In this document: positions 54,239 to 64,000 of the stretch, piece by piece
How positions within the stretch are numbered: position 1 is the first letter of the stretch
Layout: the number at the start of each line of letters is the position of its first letter
Assembly: GCA_016711435.1 (NCBI GenBank)
Contig: JADJSY010000083.1
Span: 107,993 to 171,992 of the forward strand
From: Lewinellaceae bacterium
Lineage (GTDB): Bacteria > Bacteroidota > Bacteroidia > Chitinophagales > Saprospiraceae
Direction of reading: 5' to 3'
DNA length: 64,000 nt
The notes under the pieces: model-generated
What the model was told of the DNA's origin: nothing
Databases searched by the model: none
The model's input: the letters and a program-made list of their open reading frames with translations, nothing else
Program-made: the position numbers and the translations under genes

Positions 54239-55591
54239 ATGAAATATTTATTCCCTATCCTGCTCTGGAGCGTTTTTATCGGGAAAATATACGCTCAACC
54301 TGCCACATTCCGCCCGATCACACTAAGTGAAAGCCTGCACCTGGCGCTCGAAAACAGTGCGCAACTACAGAAAGCCCGCCTGGACCGGCAGGGCATAGAC
54401 AAACGTATGCAGGAAGGACGCAGCGCTGCGTACCCCCAGATCAGCATGGGATTTGGAATAGATTATCTGCCTGTGCTGCCGACACAACTCCTTCCAGGTC
54501 AACTGTTTGGCATGGCTGACAACACCTTCCTGCCGGTACAATTTGGTCAGCCCTGGCAACTGACCGGCTCCATCCAGTTGCAACAACAACTTTTTAATGA
54601 GTCGATGCGCAGGGCCGCCCCAGCAGCCAATGTTACCAGAAACATCTACGATCTGCTGATTACCCGTTCGGAGGAAGAGGTAGTTTTCACGACTGCCACG
54701 GTTTTTTATCAGACCCTGCAAACGGAGCAGTTGCTGCGCGCCATGAACGCCAATCTCGATAAATTAGACGCCCTGCAACGCATGGCAGAATTACAATTGG
54801 CCAACGGTTATGCCATTCCAACGGATGTAAAACGGATCAAAGTAGCCCGTACGAACCTCGAAACGCAGCGCCAGAATTTGTATACGGCCATCAGCGGCTT
54901 GCGTCAGACCCTGCAATTCCTCTGTGGCGTTCCTTTTGAAGAGGCATTCGATCCGATGGAAGAGATGTCGGCGCCGGCTGCCGACTCGGCGCGTTGGCAG
55001 GTGCTGGCGCTGGAGCCGGAAAACACCACCGAATTTCGCCTGTTGCTGCACCAGGTAGAACTCAACCGCATTCAACTCAGCAGCCTTCGGGCCGAAAACC
55101 TGCCCAATTTTAGTGCGCATGCGAACGCTTTCACCCAAACATTCCGCCCTGACGCCAATTTTTTCGACCTCGACAGGCGCTGGTATGGCGCAGTTGCTTT
55201 TGGCCTGAAAATGCATATCCCGATTTTCGACGGCTTTCGACGCTTACATAAATCGAGTTTCCTGGCCATTGAAGGCCAGAAATTAGCCGAAGACCGCAGG
55301 CAACTGAACAGCGCAAAAGGCCTGGAATTCAGGCAGGCCCGCGAACAACTTCAAAATGCCCTGCGCTCCCTGCGTACCCAAACGGATAATGTCGGTCTGG
55401 CCAGGGAAATCAGCGACAAACTGATGCTTCAGTATAGAGAAGGCGTTGTGCCACTCACCGACCTGCTCAATGCTCAAACAGCCCTTTCCGAAGCAGAAAC
55501 CAACTACTGGCAACAGGTTTTTACCTATAAACTCGCTGTTTTAAAACTGCTTAAAACAACCGGGAAACTGGAGGAATTGAAGGAAAAATGA
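54239..55591 (+). CDS. TolC-family outer membrane efflux protein
   Basis: Signal peptide ...GKIYA|QPA. Two repeats of the coiled-coil/beta pattern (LSL.E.L..AL.N...L, P.ISL). 450 aa. Confidence 0.85.
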   Translation: MKYLFPILLWSVFIGKIYAQPATFRPITLSESLHLALENSAQLQKARLDRQGIDKRMQEGRSAAYPQISMGFGIDYLPVLPTQLLPGQLFGMADNTFLPVQFGQPWQLTGSIQLQQQLFNESMRRAAPAANVTRNIYDLLITRSEEEVVFTTATVFYQTLQTEQLLRAMNANLDKLDALQRMAELQLANGYAIPTDVKRIKVARTNLETQRQNLYTAISGLRQTLQFLCGVPFEEAFDPMEEMSAPAADSARWQVLALEPENTTEFRLLLHQVELNRIQLSSLRAENLPNFSAHANAFTQTFRPDANFFDLDRRWYGAVAFGLKMHIPIFDGFRRLHKSSFLAIEGQKLAEDRRQLNSAKGLEFRQAREQLQNALRSLRTQTDNVGLAREISDKLMLQYREGVVPLTDLLNAQTALSEAETNYWQQVFTYKLAVLKLLKTTGKLEELKEK

Positions 55592-55740
55592 AGATGGTTT
55601 GATTGTTGGAAGGGTTTGATGGTTTGAAAGGTTTGAGGGTTTGAGGTCGTAACGTAAAGCCAAGAGTTACCACCTCAAACCCTCAAACCTTTCAAACCTT
55701 TCAAACCATCAAACCCTTCCAACCATCAAACTTTCCAACC
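55592..55740. repeat. B-family palindromic element (copy 3)
   Basis: ...gggtttgatggtttgaaaggtttgagggtttgaggtcgtaac - gtaaagccaagag - ttaccacctcaaaccctcaaacctttcaaacctttcaaaccatcaaaccc... Starts at the base after the TolC stop. Confidence 0.9.
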
Positions 55741-55878
55741 TTTTCCGGCCTCATAAATCCTTATCCACACAATCCCTGCCATATTATGCCGTTTCAGGCA
55801 ACCTATTCCAGCAGACGTGCGTCATTCCAGCCGTTTGTAAGAGTAATAGAATAGACAAATCCACCTGCTTTTTTGAAA

Positions 55879-58800
55879 ATGACGAAGAGGAACTTCCTTC
55901 TTGGGGCTATATGCCTGTTTTCGGTTTGCGCCCTGTATGCCTTCTCTTATCCGGAAAGTGTGCGCAACAACTTCCTGACGATTTTTTTCCCGGACAGAAC
56001 GTTGCCTGTTGCAACCGACCATTCCGCCGATAAAAAAACGGATGATGCGGAAGATATAGTAGCTGCCGGCCTGGTCGCTGCGCCCGATACGCTCCCGCCT
56101 TTACGGGATCGGTTTGATGATTTTATTCATTCCGGCGATGCTAATCCGATCGACCTGAAAGACCCCAAAGCCATCGAGCAACAGGTCGAGTACGACCCGG
56201 AAACGAATATGTATATCATCAGCGAAAAAGTTGGCGATGATTTCTACCGGGCGCCGACCTACATGACTTTTGATGAGTATGTGCGCTGGCGCGATCAGAA
56301 GCAGCAAAATGAATATTTTGACCGTTTGCAGGGGGTTGTATCGTCTGATAAAAAAAGCAGCAGCGGCATCGTCGATCCGATTGCCAAGTTTGATATTAAA
56401 AATTCGCTGATCGATCGCCTTTTCGGCGGCACGGAAGTCAACATCAAACCGCAAGGCAATATCAACCTCACTTTTGGATTTGATTACCAGAAAATTCAAA
56501 ACCCGATCCTGACCCTTCGCCAGCAGCGCAACGGCAACTTCGATTTTGATATGGACATCAATATGAGTGCTGCCGGCAAAATCGGGGAAAAACTGAACCT
56601 CAATTTTAACTATAATACCCAGGCTACATTCGATTTCGATAACCAGATGAAATTGAACTACGATACGAAAGGGTTTTCAGAAGACGAGATTGTACAAAAT
56701 GTAGAAGCGGGTAACGTATCTATGCCGCTGCGTTCTCAATTGATCAAAGGCGCGCAAAACCTGTTCGGTATCAAAACGGAGTTAAAATTCGGACACCTGC
56801 GTACCACGTTGATAGCCAGCCAGCAGCGCTCCAAACAGCAAAGCCTGACGGTGCAGGGCGGATCTCAGGTTCAAACGTTTGAAAAACCCATCGACGAATA
56901 CGACGAAAACCGCCACTTCTTCCTCAGCCACTGGAACCGCGACGAATTTGAGCCGGCCATGAAGTGCCTGCCCGTCCCACAATCGCTTTTCACGATTACC
57001 CGGATGGAAGTCTGGCTCACCAACGACAAACTGGCTACCGAGCAGTTTCGCGACATCGTTGCCATCACCGACCTGGGTGAACCGATCAAAATCGACTCGA
57101 CCTGGCTCCTGGCCGCGCCTCCTGCTTTGGACATCAAAAACCGGCCGCTCCCCGATAATAACAACAACAGCTTGTACGCCGAATTGATAGACGGCCTGGA
57201 AAACGACTCTACGGGTCGATACAATGACAGGGTAGTGCGCCGGCTGACCAACCTCGGCCTGACCCCCATCAAGGATTTTGAAAAAATGAGCGGTCGTTTG
57301 CTCTCTCCTTCAGAATATACGTACAATGAACAGCTTGGTTTTGTGAGTATTAACCTGAACGTACAGCCCGACCAGGTGATCGGGGTGGCCGTCGAATACA
57401 CTTATAATGGTATCCCCCATAAAATCGGGGAATTCTCCAGCGACATTCCGCGCACCAGTAGCCAGGACTCCCTGAATACCAATGTGTTGTTTGTAAAAAT
57501 GCTGAAAAGTACCACCGCCAATATCCAGTATCCTATCTGGGATCTGATGATGAAAAACATCTACGCGATCGGTACTGCCAACGTGGACCCGAACGAATTC
57601 CGGGTCGATATTTTTTATGAAGATCCGGGTAAAGGACAGAAACGTTTCCTCGGAGGCGAAGGCAGCCCCGACATCCCGGCTTCCATTCGCTCCAGACCCC
57701 TGCTTCAATTATTCGGCCTCGATAACCTGAACCTGCAAAGCGATCCCGGCCCCGATGGTATTTTCGACTTTGTGCCGGGCCTGACCATCAACCTGCGTTC
57801 CGGGCGTATCATGTTCCCGATATTGGAACCTTTCGGCAGTTACTTAGCCGATACATTGGCCGGCGCCGGCGCACCCCAACCGGTTGTGGATAAATATGCC
57901 TACCGGCAGTTATACGACCTGACGCCCTTTTTGGCCCGTGAATTCCAGCAATTCAACCGGTTTGTCCTGAAAGGTTCTTATAAATCCAGCACCTCCTCTG
58001 ATATTTCCCTGGGTACTTTCAACCTGCCGCAGGGTTCCGTTCGGGTAACAGCCGGCGGTCAACTGCTCCGCGAAGGCGTCGATTACCAGATTGACTACAA
58101 CATCGGTAAAGTGCGCATCCTGAACGACGCCATTTTGCAGTCGGGCCAGAATGTAAACGTCAGTTTTGAAGACAATACCCTCTTCGGTTTCCAAAGCCGC
58201 ACGATGCTGGGCGCCCGTTTCGATTATGAACTGAGCAAAGACATCAATATCGGCGCCACATACATGAACTTGTTTGAGCGCCCGCTCACGCAAAAAAGTC
58301 AACTTCGGCGACGACCCCATCAACAACAAGATGTACGGGCTGGATTTCAGCATCTCCAAAGATGCGCCCTGGCTGACTAAAATGGTGGATAAAATTCCAT
58401 TCATCGAAACCAAAGAAGCCTCCAGTATTACGGCGCAGGCGGAAGTCGCCTTGCTGCAACCGGGCCACAATAAAGCCATCAATCAGGGCGGCGATAAAGG
58501 TGGTACGGTTTATCTGGATGACTTTGAGGGCAGTACGGCCAATCTGCCGCTTTCCAACCCCGCCAACTCCTGGGTGATTGCCTCGGTTCCACAGGGCGAC
58601 CTGACGGAATTCCCGGAGGGCAGCGACACTACGCTTGCGCTCGGCGCCAACCGGGCCGGACTTTCCTGGTACATTGCGGACCCCAGCGCCCGCGATGCTG
58701 TGGATGGTACTAACCCATACACCACCCAGATACAATTTCAGGACATTTTTCCCAACCGCCAGCTCACACCCCTCGAACAATCGGCGCTGCGGCCTTTGGA

Positions 58801-61800
58801 CGTGACGGTTTATCCGCGTTCCCGCGGGCCGTACAATTTCGATTTACCGGATGGTTACCACGGCCTTTCCGCCGGTCTCACACAGTCGGGCGAACTCGAC
58901 CAGCCTGCTACCCGCTGGGCGGGTTTTATGCGCGGACTGAATACCAATGACTTTGAGGCGGCCAATATCGAGTTTGTCGAATTCTGGATGCTCAACCCGT
59001 ACATGGAAAAAGGAGATGACCCCGATGTGTCCGATGACGGTAATATGTTCATCGACCTGGGCACCATTTCTGAAGATATTATGCGCGATTCGCGCCAGTA
59101 TTTTGAAAATACCCTGCCAACCGGACCTGGCACCGGCGCTACGGCGCCAACCCCCTGGGGACGTGTGCCCGTGCAAACACCGGTGGTAAATGCCTTTGAT
59201 AATGATCCGGAAAAACGCGCTTTTCAGGATATAGGGCTGGATGGCCTGAACAACGAACAAGAGCTGGCGTACTTCGGCGCCTATGTCAACGCCATAATGG
59301 CTTCTTCGATCAGCCCCAACGCTAAGACTGAAATCCTGGCCGACGTATCGAACGACGACTTTGTGTATTTCCGCGATGACCGTTTCAACGGCGTCAATCC
59401 GGGTTTGCTGGCGCGTTACCGCAAATTCAACAACCAGGAAGGTAACTCTCCGGTGAACAACACGGACAACCTCAACCCATCGGCGACCAACCTGCCCGAT
59501 ATGGAAGACCTCGACCGCAACAACTCCCTGAACGAGAACGAGGCTTATTACCGGTATAAAATCAGTTTTAAAAGTAAAACCCATCCGCTACCCAACAATG
59601 GCCCGATCATCAGGGGGCTGGATATGGAATCGCTTGAATTACGAGACCTTATCACCGATACGGTTGTTTTCCAGCGCAATGGAGAATACTACGTGTGGTA
59701 TCGTTTTAAACTGCCGCTCGACTACACGCAGCGCCAGCAGATCGGCGGTATCCAGGACTTCCGTTCCATGCGTTTTGTGCGCATGTTGTGGAAAGGATTT
59801 ACCGAACAGACGACCTTCCGTTTTGCTACCCTCGAACTGGGTCGCAACCAGTGGCGCCGTTTTAAACAACCGCTACCGCAAATCGATACCCCGACCGGGA
59901 CGGTCTGCGACGTGGGTTTCAGCCCGATTCCTTTCGATATAAATGCGGTGAGTATTGAGGAAAACTCTGCCCGAACGCCGTTTAATTACACGATTCCGTT
60001 CGGTATTCAGCGGGAACAATCGGTGGGCGCGTTTCCCGATATCCTGCAAAACGAGCAATCGCTTTCCATGAGCGTGTGCAGCTTGGGATATTGTGATGCG
60101 CGGGCTGTTTTCAAAAGTCTGAACCTGGATTTGAGGCAGTATCAAAACCTGAAAATGTTTGTACACGCTGAACAATTAGATGAGAACAATTTCCCATTCG
60201 ACAGCACAGACTTGTCGGTGTTTTTGCGCCTCGGTTCCGACTATGTGAACAACTATTACGAATACGAAATACCCCTGCACCCTTCCACTATTGATGGATT
60301 GGCAGGTAACCGGAATCCCGACAGCCGCTCCTATAAAGAAGAGGTCTGGAAAATTCAGAACAGTTTCGATTTCCCGCTGGAACTGCTTACGGATGTAAAA
60401 AAACAACGCAATGCAAGCGGTAACACAGACCTTATTTTTGTGATGCCGGATCCGAACAATCCGAGAAACAAAGTAAAAGTAGTGGGCAATCCGAACCTGG
60501 GGTATGTGAAAGGTGTGATGGTCGGGTGTGCGCAATGTAGATGAGCAAAAACAACAGCATTGCGTGGAAGTCTGGCTCAACGAGCTGCGTCTCAACGGTT
60601 TCAACGAACAGGGCGGCTATGCAGGTCTGGCACGGGTCGATATGAAATTAGCCGATTTTGGCAACGTTTCGATGGCCGGCAACTATACCAGTATCGGTTG
60701 GGGCAGTATCGAACAGAAACTGATCCAGCGCCAGCGGGAAGAAGTGATGCAGGTAGATGTATCCACCAACCTCGAACTGGGCAAGTTTTTACCGGAAAAA
60801 TCGGGCGTAAAGGTGCCGTTCTATGCGCAATATTCCAACATCACCCGCAACCCGGAGTACGATCCGTATGACCTGGACATCAAATTGAAAGACAAGATCA
60901 ATGATGAGACGGATCCCGCTAAAAAAGAGGAAATCCGCACCCTGGCTTAGGATGTGACGGTGGTACGCGGATACAATTTTACCAATGTCCGCAAGGAACG
61001 CAAAGGAGGAAGCCGCAAAATTCCATTGCCCTGGAACATCGAAAACTTCAGCCTCACCTATGCTTTCAACCAGCAAAAACGCCGCACACCGTTTTTAGTC
61101 AATGACCAGCAAAACCGGTATAAAGGCGCCCTCGACTGGCAATATGCAACGGGTATGAAGCCCATCATGCCATTCAAAAAATTGATTAAAAATGATAAAT
61201 ACCTGAAATTTATTTCAGAGTTCAATTTCAATCCCTTGCCGAATACATACGGATTCAATACCAATCTGGAGCGTTTGGCCGGTGTGACAACCTATCGTTT
61301 TGCCGGGGAAGACCCGTCGTTGAATACCTATTACAATCGCCGTTTTACCTGGGACCGCAACTATGACCTGGGTTGGGATATTTCCAAATCCCTGCGTTTC
61401 AACTACGATGCAACTGCCCGCAGTCTGATCGACGAGCCGCTGGAATATAACGTAGACGGAAGCCGTGTGACCAAAGCGGAAAGGCGCGATTCCATCCTGT
61501 CGAATATGCGCAACCTGGGTCGCCCTAAAAACTACAACCACACCGCCAGCCTCAACTGGACGCTGCCGTTCAAGGTGATCCCAATGCTGGACTGGATTTC
61601 GATGAAGGCTTCCTACACTGCCGGTTACACCTGGTCGGCACAGTCGCTGAAACTACAAAACCTGGATGCCGGACAATATGCGGAGTTCAACAATTCCCGC
61701 AATCTCGGCAATGTGATTCAAAACAACAATACGCGGCAGATCAACGGGGATATGAACTTTGAAAGCTTGTACAACAAAAGCAAGTACCTTCAAAAAATAA

Positions 61801-63626
61801 ACAAACCTGCCAAGAAAGGAAGTAAAAGTAATCCTTCCGGCGGGCCGAATAAAAATACTGCCCCGGGAGGTATTTCACCCGATGAGGAAGGCGGCGGTAA
61901 AGCAGCCGGTGGGCGGAATAATAAAAAGGCCGGTGGAAAAGACGCTGAAAAAGGGAAAAACCTGCCTGCTGACAGCAAGGACGTAACGGAAAAAAACAGC
62001 CGCAACAGTGACCGTAAATCAGCAGAAGGTGTAAAACCGGTGATAGGCCCGGATGGTAAACCCATCGATGGTCTCGTTGAGGATGCCGGAGGAGAAGAGG
62101 ATAAAAACTCGAAAAAAGACGATAAAAAGGCAGAAAAAGGTAAAAATAAAAAAGACCGCGTACCTTCTATGGCAGAACGTATTGCTTTGCGTCCGCTTAT
62201 GCTGATCCGGAAAGGCCGCTTTACCTACAGTGAAAATTTTAATACGGTCATACCCGGTTTTACACCCGATACCAAACTCATGGGTCTGAGTGAAGGTTTT
62301 GATGCGCCAGGCTGGGCATTTGTTGCCGGTATTCAACCCGGCAGTGACTGGCTGGATGAAGCGGGCCGGAACGGATGGATCACCCATCGCCCCGAACTCA
62401 ACCAGCAGGTAACGCGCAACTATACCCAAAATATCGATGCTGGTTTAACGGTCGAACCATTTCAGGATTTCCGTATCGAACTGACGGCTAATAAACAGTA
62501 CACGCGCAATGGTACGGAGTTGTTCAAAGACCAGGATTTCAATCTCGACCCCACTGCCACGCAGTTTGAACACCGCGCTCAACGCGATATCGGCAGTTAT
62601 ACGGTATCTTATTTCGCGATGAATACCCTGTTCGGAAACGACATCAACGGCCTTTTCGACCGTTATGAGCAATACCGCCAGACTATTTCACAACGCCTCG
62701 GCGTAGAATCCGGGGCAACCGATCCGCACGAATCCGATCAGGGATATGCCCAGGGATACGGCAAAATTCAGCAACAGGTGCTGGTTCCGGCATTTATTGC
62801 GGCGTATTCCGATGCCGATCCAAATACCGTTGGACTCGATATCTTCAAAACGCGCCCGGCCATCAACTGGAAACTGAATTACAACGGTTTGTCGAAAGTG
62901 GGTAATTTAGACAAAATTTTTGCCAGCGTTCAGATTTCACACGGGTACAAAAGCACCCTGACGGTCAATTCCTATAACACGGATATTTTCTACGATCCGA
63001 CGAATCCGTACACTATTGATCCGCTGAACGCCAATTACATCGCGCGGTATGAAATTCCGCAAATCGTTATTACGGAGCAATTGCAACCGCTGCTGGGTGT
63101 GGACATCAAGTTGAAAAACGAAATGACCTTTAAAACGGACTTCAAAAAAAGCCGTACCCTGGCCATGTCGTTTATCGATTACCGCCTGGCCGAAACACAG
63201 TCGGAAAGTTATACCGTCGGGTTTGGTTACCGGATCAAAGATGTCAAAATCGGTTTCCTGATGGGGAAAAAGGCAAAAAAATCGAGCAGCAAGTCGAAAA
63301 AGAAACCGGCCACAGATGCCGCTTCCGGTACCAAACCTCCTCCCGGCGGTGGCAGCGCCCAACAGTCCAATGACCTGAACATCAAGTTCGACTTCGAGGT
63401 GCGCGACGACATCACGATCAATCACCAGCTCGACCAACTTGTGGAAGCCATTCCTACCCGCGGCGCCCGCACCATCGCGATCAATCCCTCGGTGGAATAC
63501 GCGCTCAATCGCCGCCTGAAACTGCGGCTGTTCACGGACTATCGCAAAACGGTGCCGAAAACATCGCAATCGTTCCCGATCACTACCCTGAGTTCGGGGG
63601 TGACGGTGCAGTTCCAGTTGAATTGA
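55879..63626 (+). pseudogene. sprA: T9SS translocon / gliding protein SprA (Sov), reading frame interrupted three times
   Basis: Four co-linear ORFs: 55873..58380, 58274..60544, 60528..60950 and 60954..63626, about 2580 aa in total. Signal peptide MTKRNFLLGAICLFSVCALYA. SprA-like blocks include NPILTLRQQRNGNFDFDMDINMS and EVWLNELRLNGFNEQGGYAG. Lesions at 58292-58297, 60519-60544 and TAG 60948-60950. Confidence 0.85.
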
Positions 63627-63647
63627 CGGGGGATTTCAGATGGGTGT

Positions 63648-63857
63648 AAAACATGAGTCATCCCGGATTTTGTAGCGACTCTTAGTCGCGCCGGACAATT
63701 TCTTATTGATGATTGCTTATTGACAATTGATGATTTTTGATGTAAGGTGGCATCTTCGCACATCAAAAATCATCAATTGTCAATAAGCAATCATCAATAA
63801 ATAAGAGTTTGACCTCTATGTGGTCGTTTTGGCAAAATCTGGGATGACTCATGTTTT
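63648..63857. repeat. F-family nested double-hairpin element (copy 2)
   Basis: Outer arms aaaacatgagtcatcccggatttt / aaaatctgggatgactcatgtttt. Perfect 41-bp inner arms at 63704-63744 / 63760-63800. Shares non-palindromic blocks with copy 1 (gagtttgacct.t.tgtgg.cgtttt.ggcaaaatc). Confidence 0.9.
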
Positions 63858-63875
63858 TGCGCCATGTAATTGCCC

Positions 63876-64000
63876 CTACCGTACCATGGAAACCGGCATC
63901 TTCGGATCATACGTTCCTTTGATCACCGGGCTTTGCCGGTTGCCGGTGTATTCGCGCACATTGCGTTCGATAAAATCGAACAACTCTTCCACGCTGACTA
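63876..64000 (-). CDS. 3' end of an unidentified gene (C-terminal 40 codons only)
   Basis: Open minus-strand frame ...SVEELFDFIERNVREYTGNRQSPVIKGTYDPKMPVSMVR, with stop at 63876-63878. Too short to assign. Confidence 0.3.
   Translation of the reverse strand, partial: VSVEELFDFIERNVREYTGNRQSPVIKGTYDPKMPVSMVR

Noticed and set aside
58274-58380. Programmed ribosomal frameshifting as the explanation for the split sprA, gltX, E2 and OmpA genes.
   Set aside because: Five unrelated genes are affected, four at simple mononucleotide runs and in both +1 and -1 directions. I saw no slippery heptamer or downstream pseudoknot. Homopolymer miscalls are the parsimonious reading.
60948-60950. TAG recoding (pyrrolysine or suppressor) in sprA.
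   Set aside because: TAG terminates several ordinary genes in the window (ddl, FAH, MFS, deacetylase), and no pyl genes or suppressor tRNA are visible.
1-64000. tRNA, rRNA, tmRNA, RNase P, SRP RNA and common riboswitches.
   Set aside because: A scan by eye for GGTTCGA(A/T)TCC T-loops, the RNase P GAGGAAAGTCC block, the tmRNA tag region and the SRP GGAAGCAGCC motif found nothing convincing. This cannot be excluded without Infernal or tRNAscan.
1-64000. Transposase, integrase, prophage or defence island that could own the repeats.
   Set aside because: No ORF shows DDE, Y1, tyrosine- or serine-recombinase, reverse-transcriptase or phage structural motifs. Within this window the repeats appear non-autonomous.

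Overview
This is a 64-kb chromosomal window from a Bacteroidota genome. Supporting evidence: T9SS and gliding genes, TTTG/TAnnTTTG-type promoter boxes, A|Q signal-peptide cleavage sites, and DUF families typical of the phylum. All motifs and alignments were read by eye, with no computation or database search.

The window holds about 50 protein genes, mostly housekeeping: gltX, ddl, rlmN, pyrD, nadC, trxA, SOD, bTHX, an E2 acyltransferase, 3-hydroxyacyl-CoA dehydrogenase and transporters.

There is a strong type IX secretion theme:
- the sprA translocon gene (7.7 kb)
- a DUF5103/Plug homologue
- a glutaminyl-cyclase-like M28 enzyme
- a 2633-aa type-B-CTD adhesin in an operon with PorP/SprF and an OmpA/TolB-like protein
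- a small type-A-CTD cargo

I found no rRNA, tRNA, CRISPR array, transposase, integrase, prophage or recognisable defence genes.

Two things are not explained by ordinary annotation.

1. Nearly every intergenic spacer carries long palindromic elements built from short tandem words. I count at least nine families, most with two or more copies in the window. They include a repeated promoter-like cassette, and their edges often coincide with start or stop codons.
2. At least eight reading-frame lesions are present. Six are 1-nt indels, five of them inside homopolymer runs: the thioredoxin-like gene, the OmpA-like gene, gltX, E2 and the first of two in sprA. This pattern points to sequencing error rather than biology. 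sprA additionally has an in-frame TAG, and pyrD loses its 3' end exactly where a repeat block begins.

I did not find a discrete multi-gene system that I could call new. The most novel candidates are the repeat and promoter-cassette network, and a roughly 330-nt terminator-bounded non-coding region upstream of the SOD gene.
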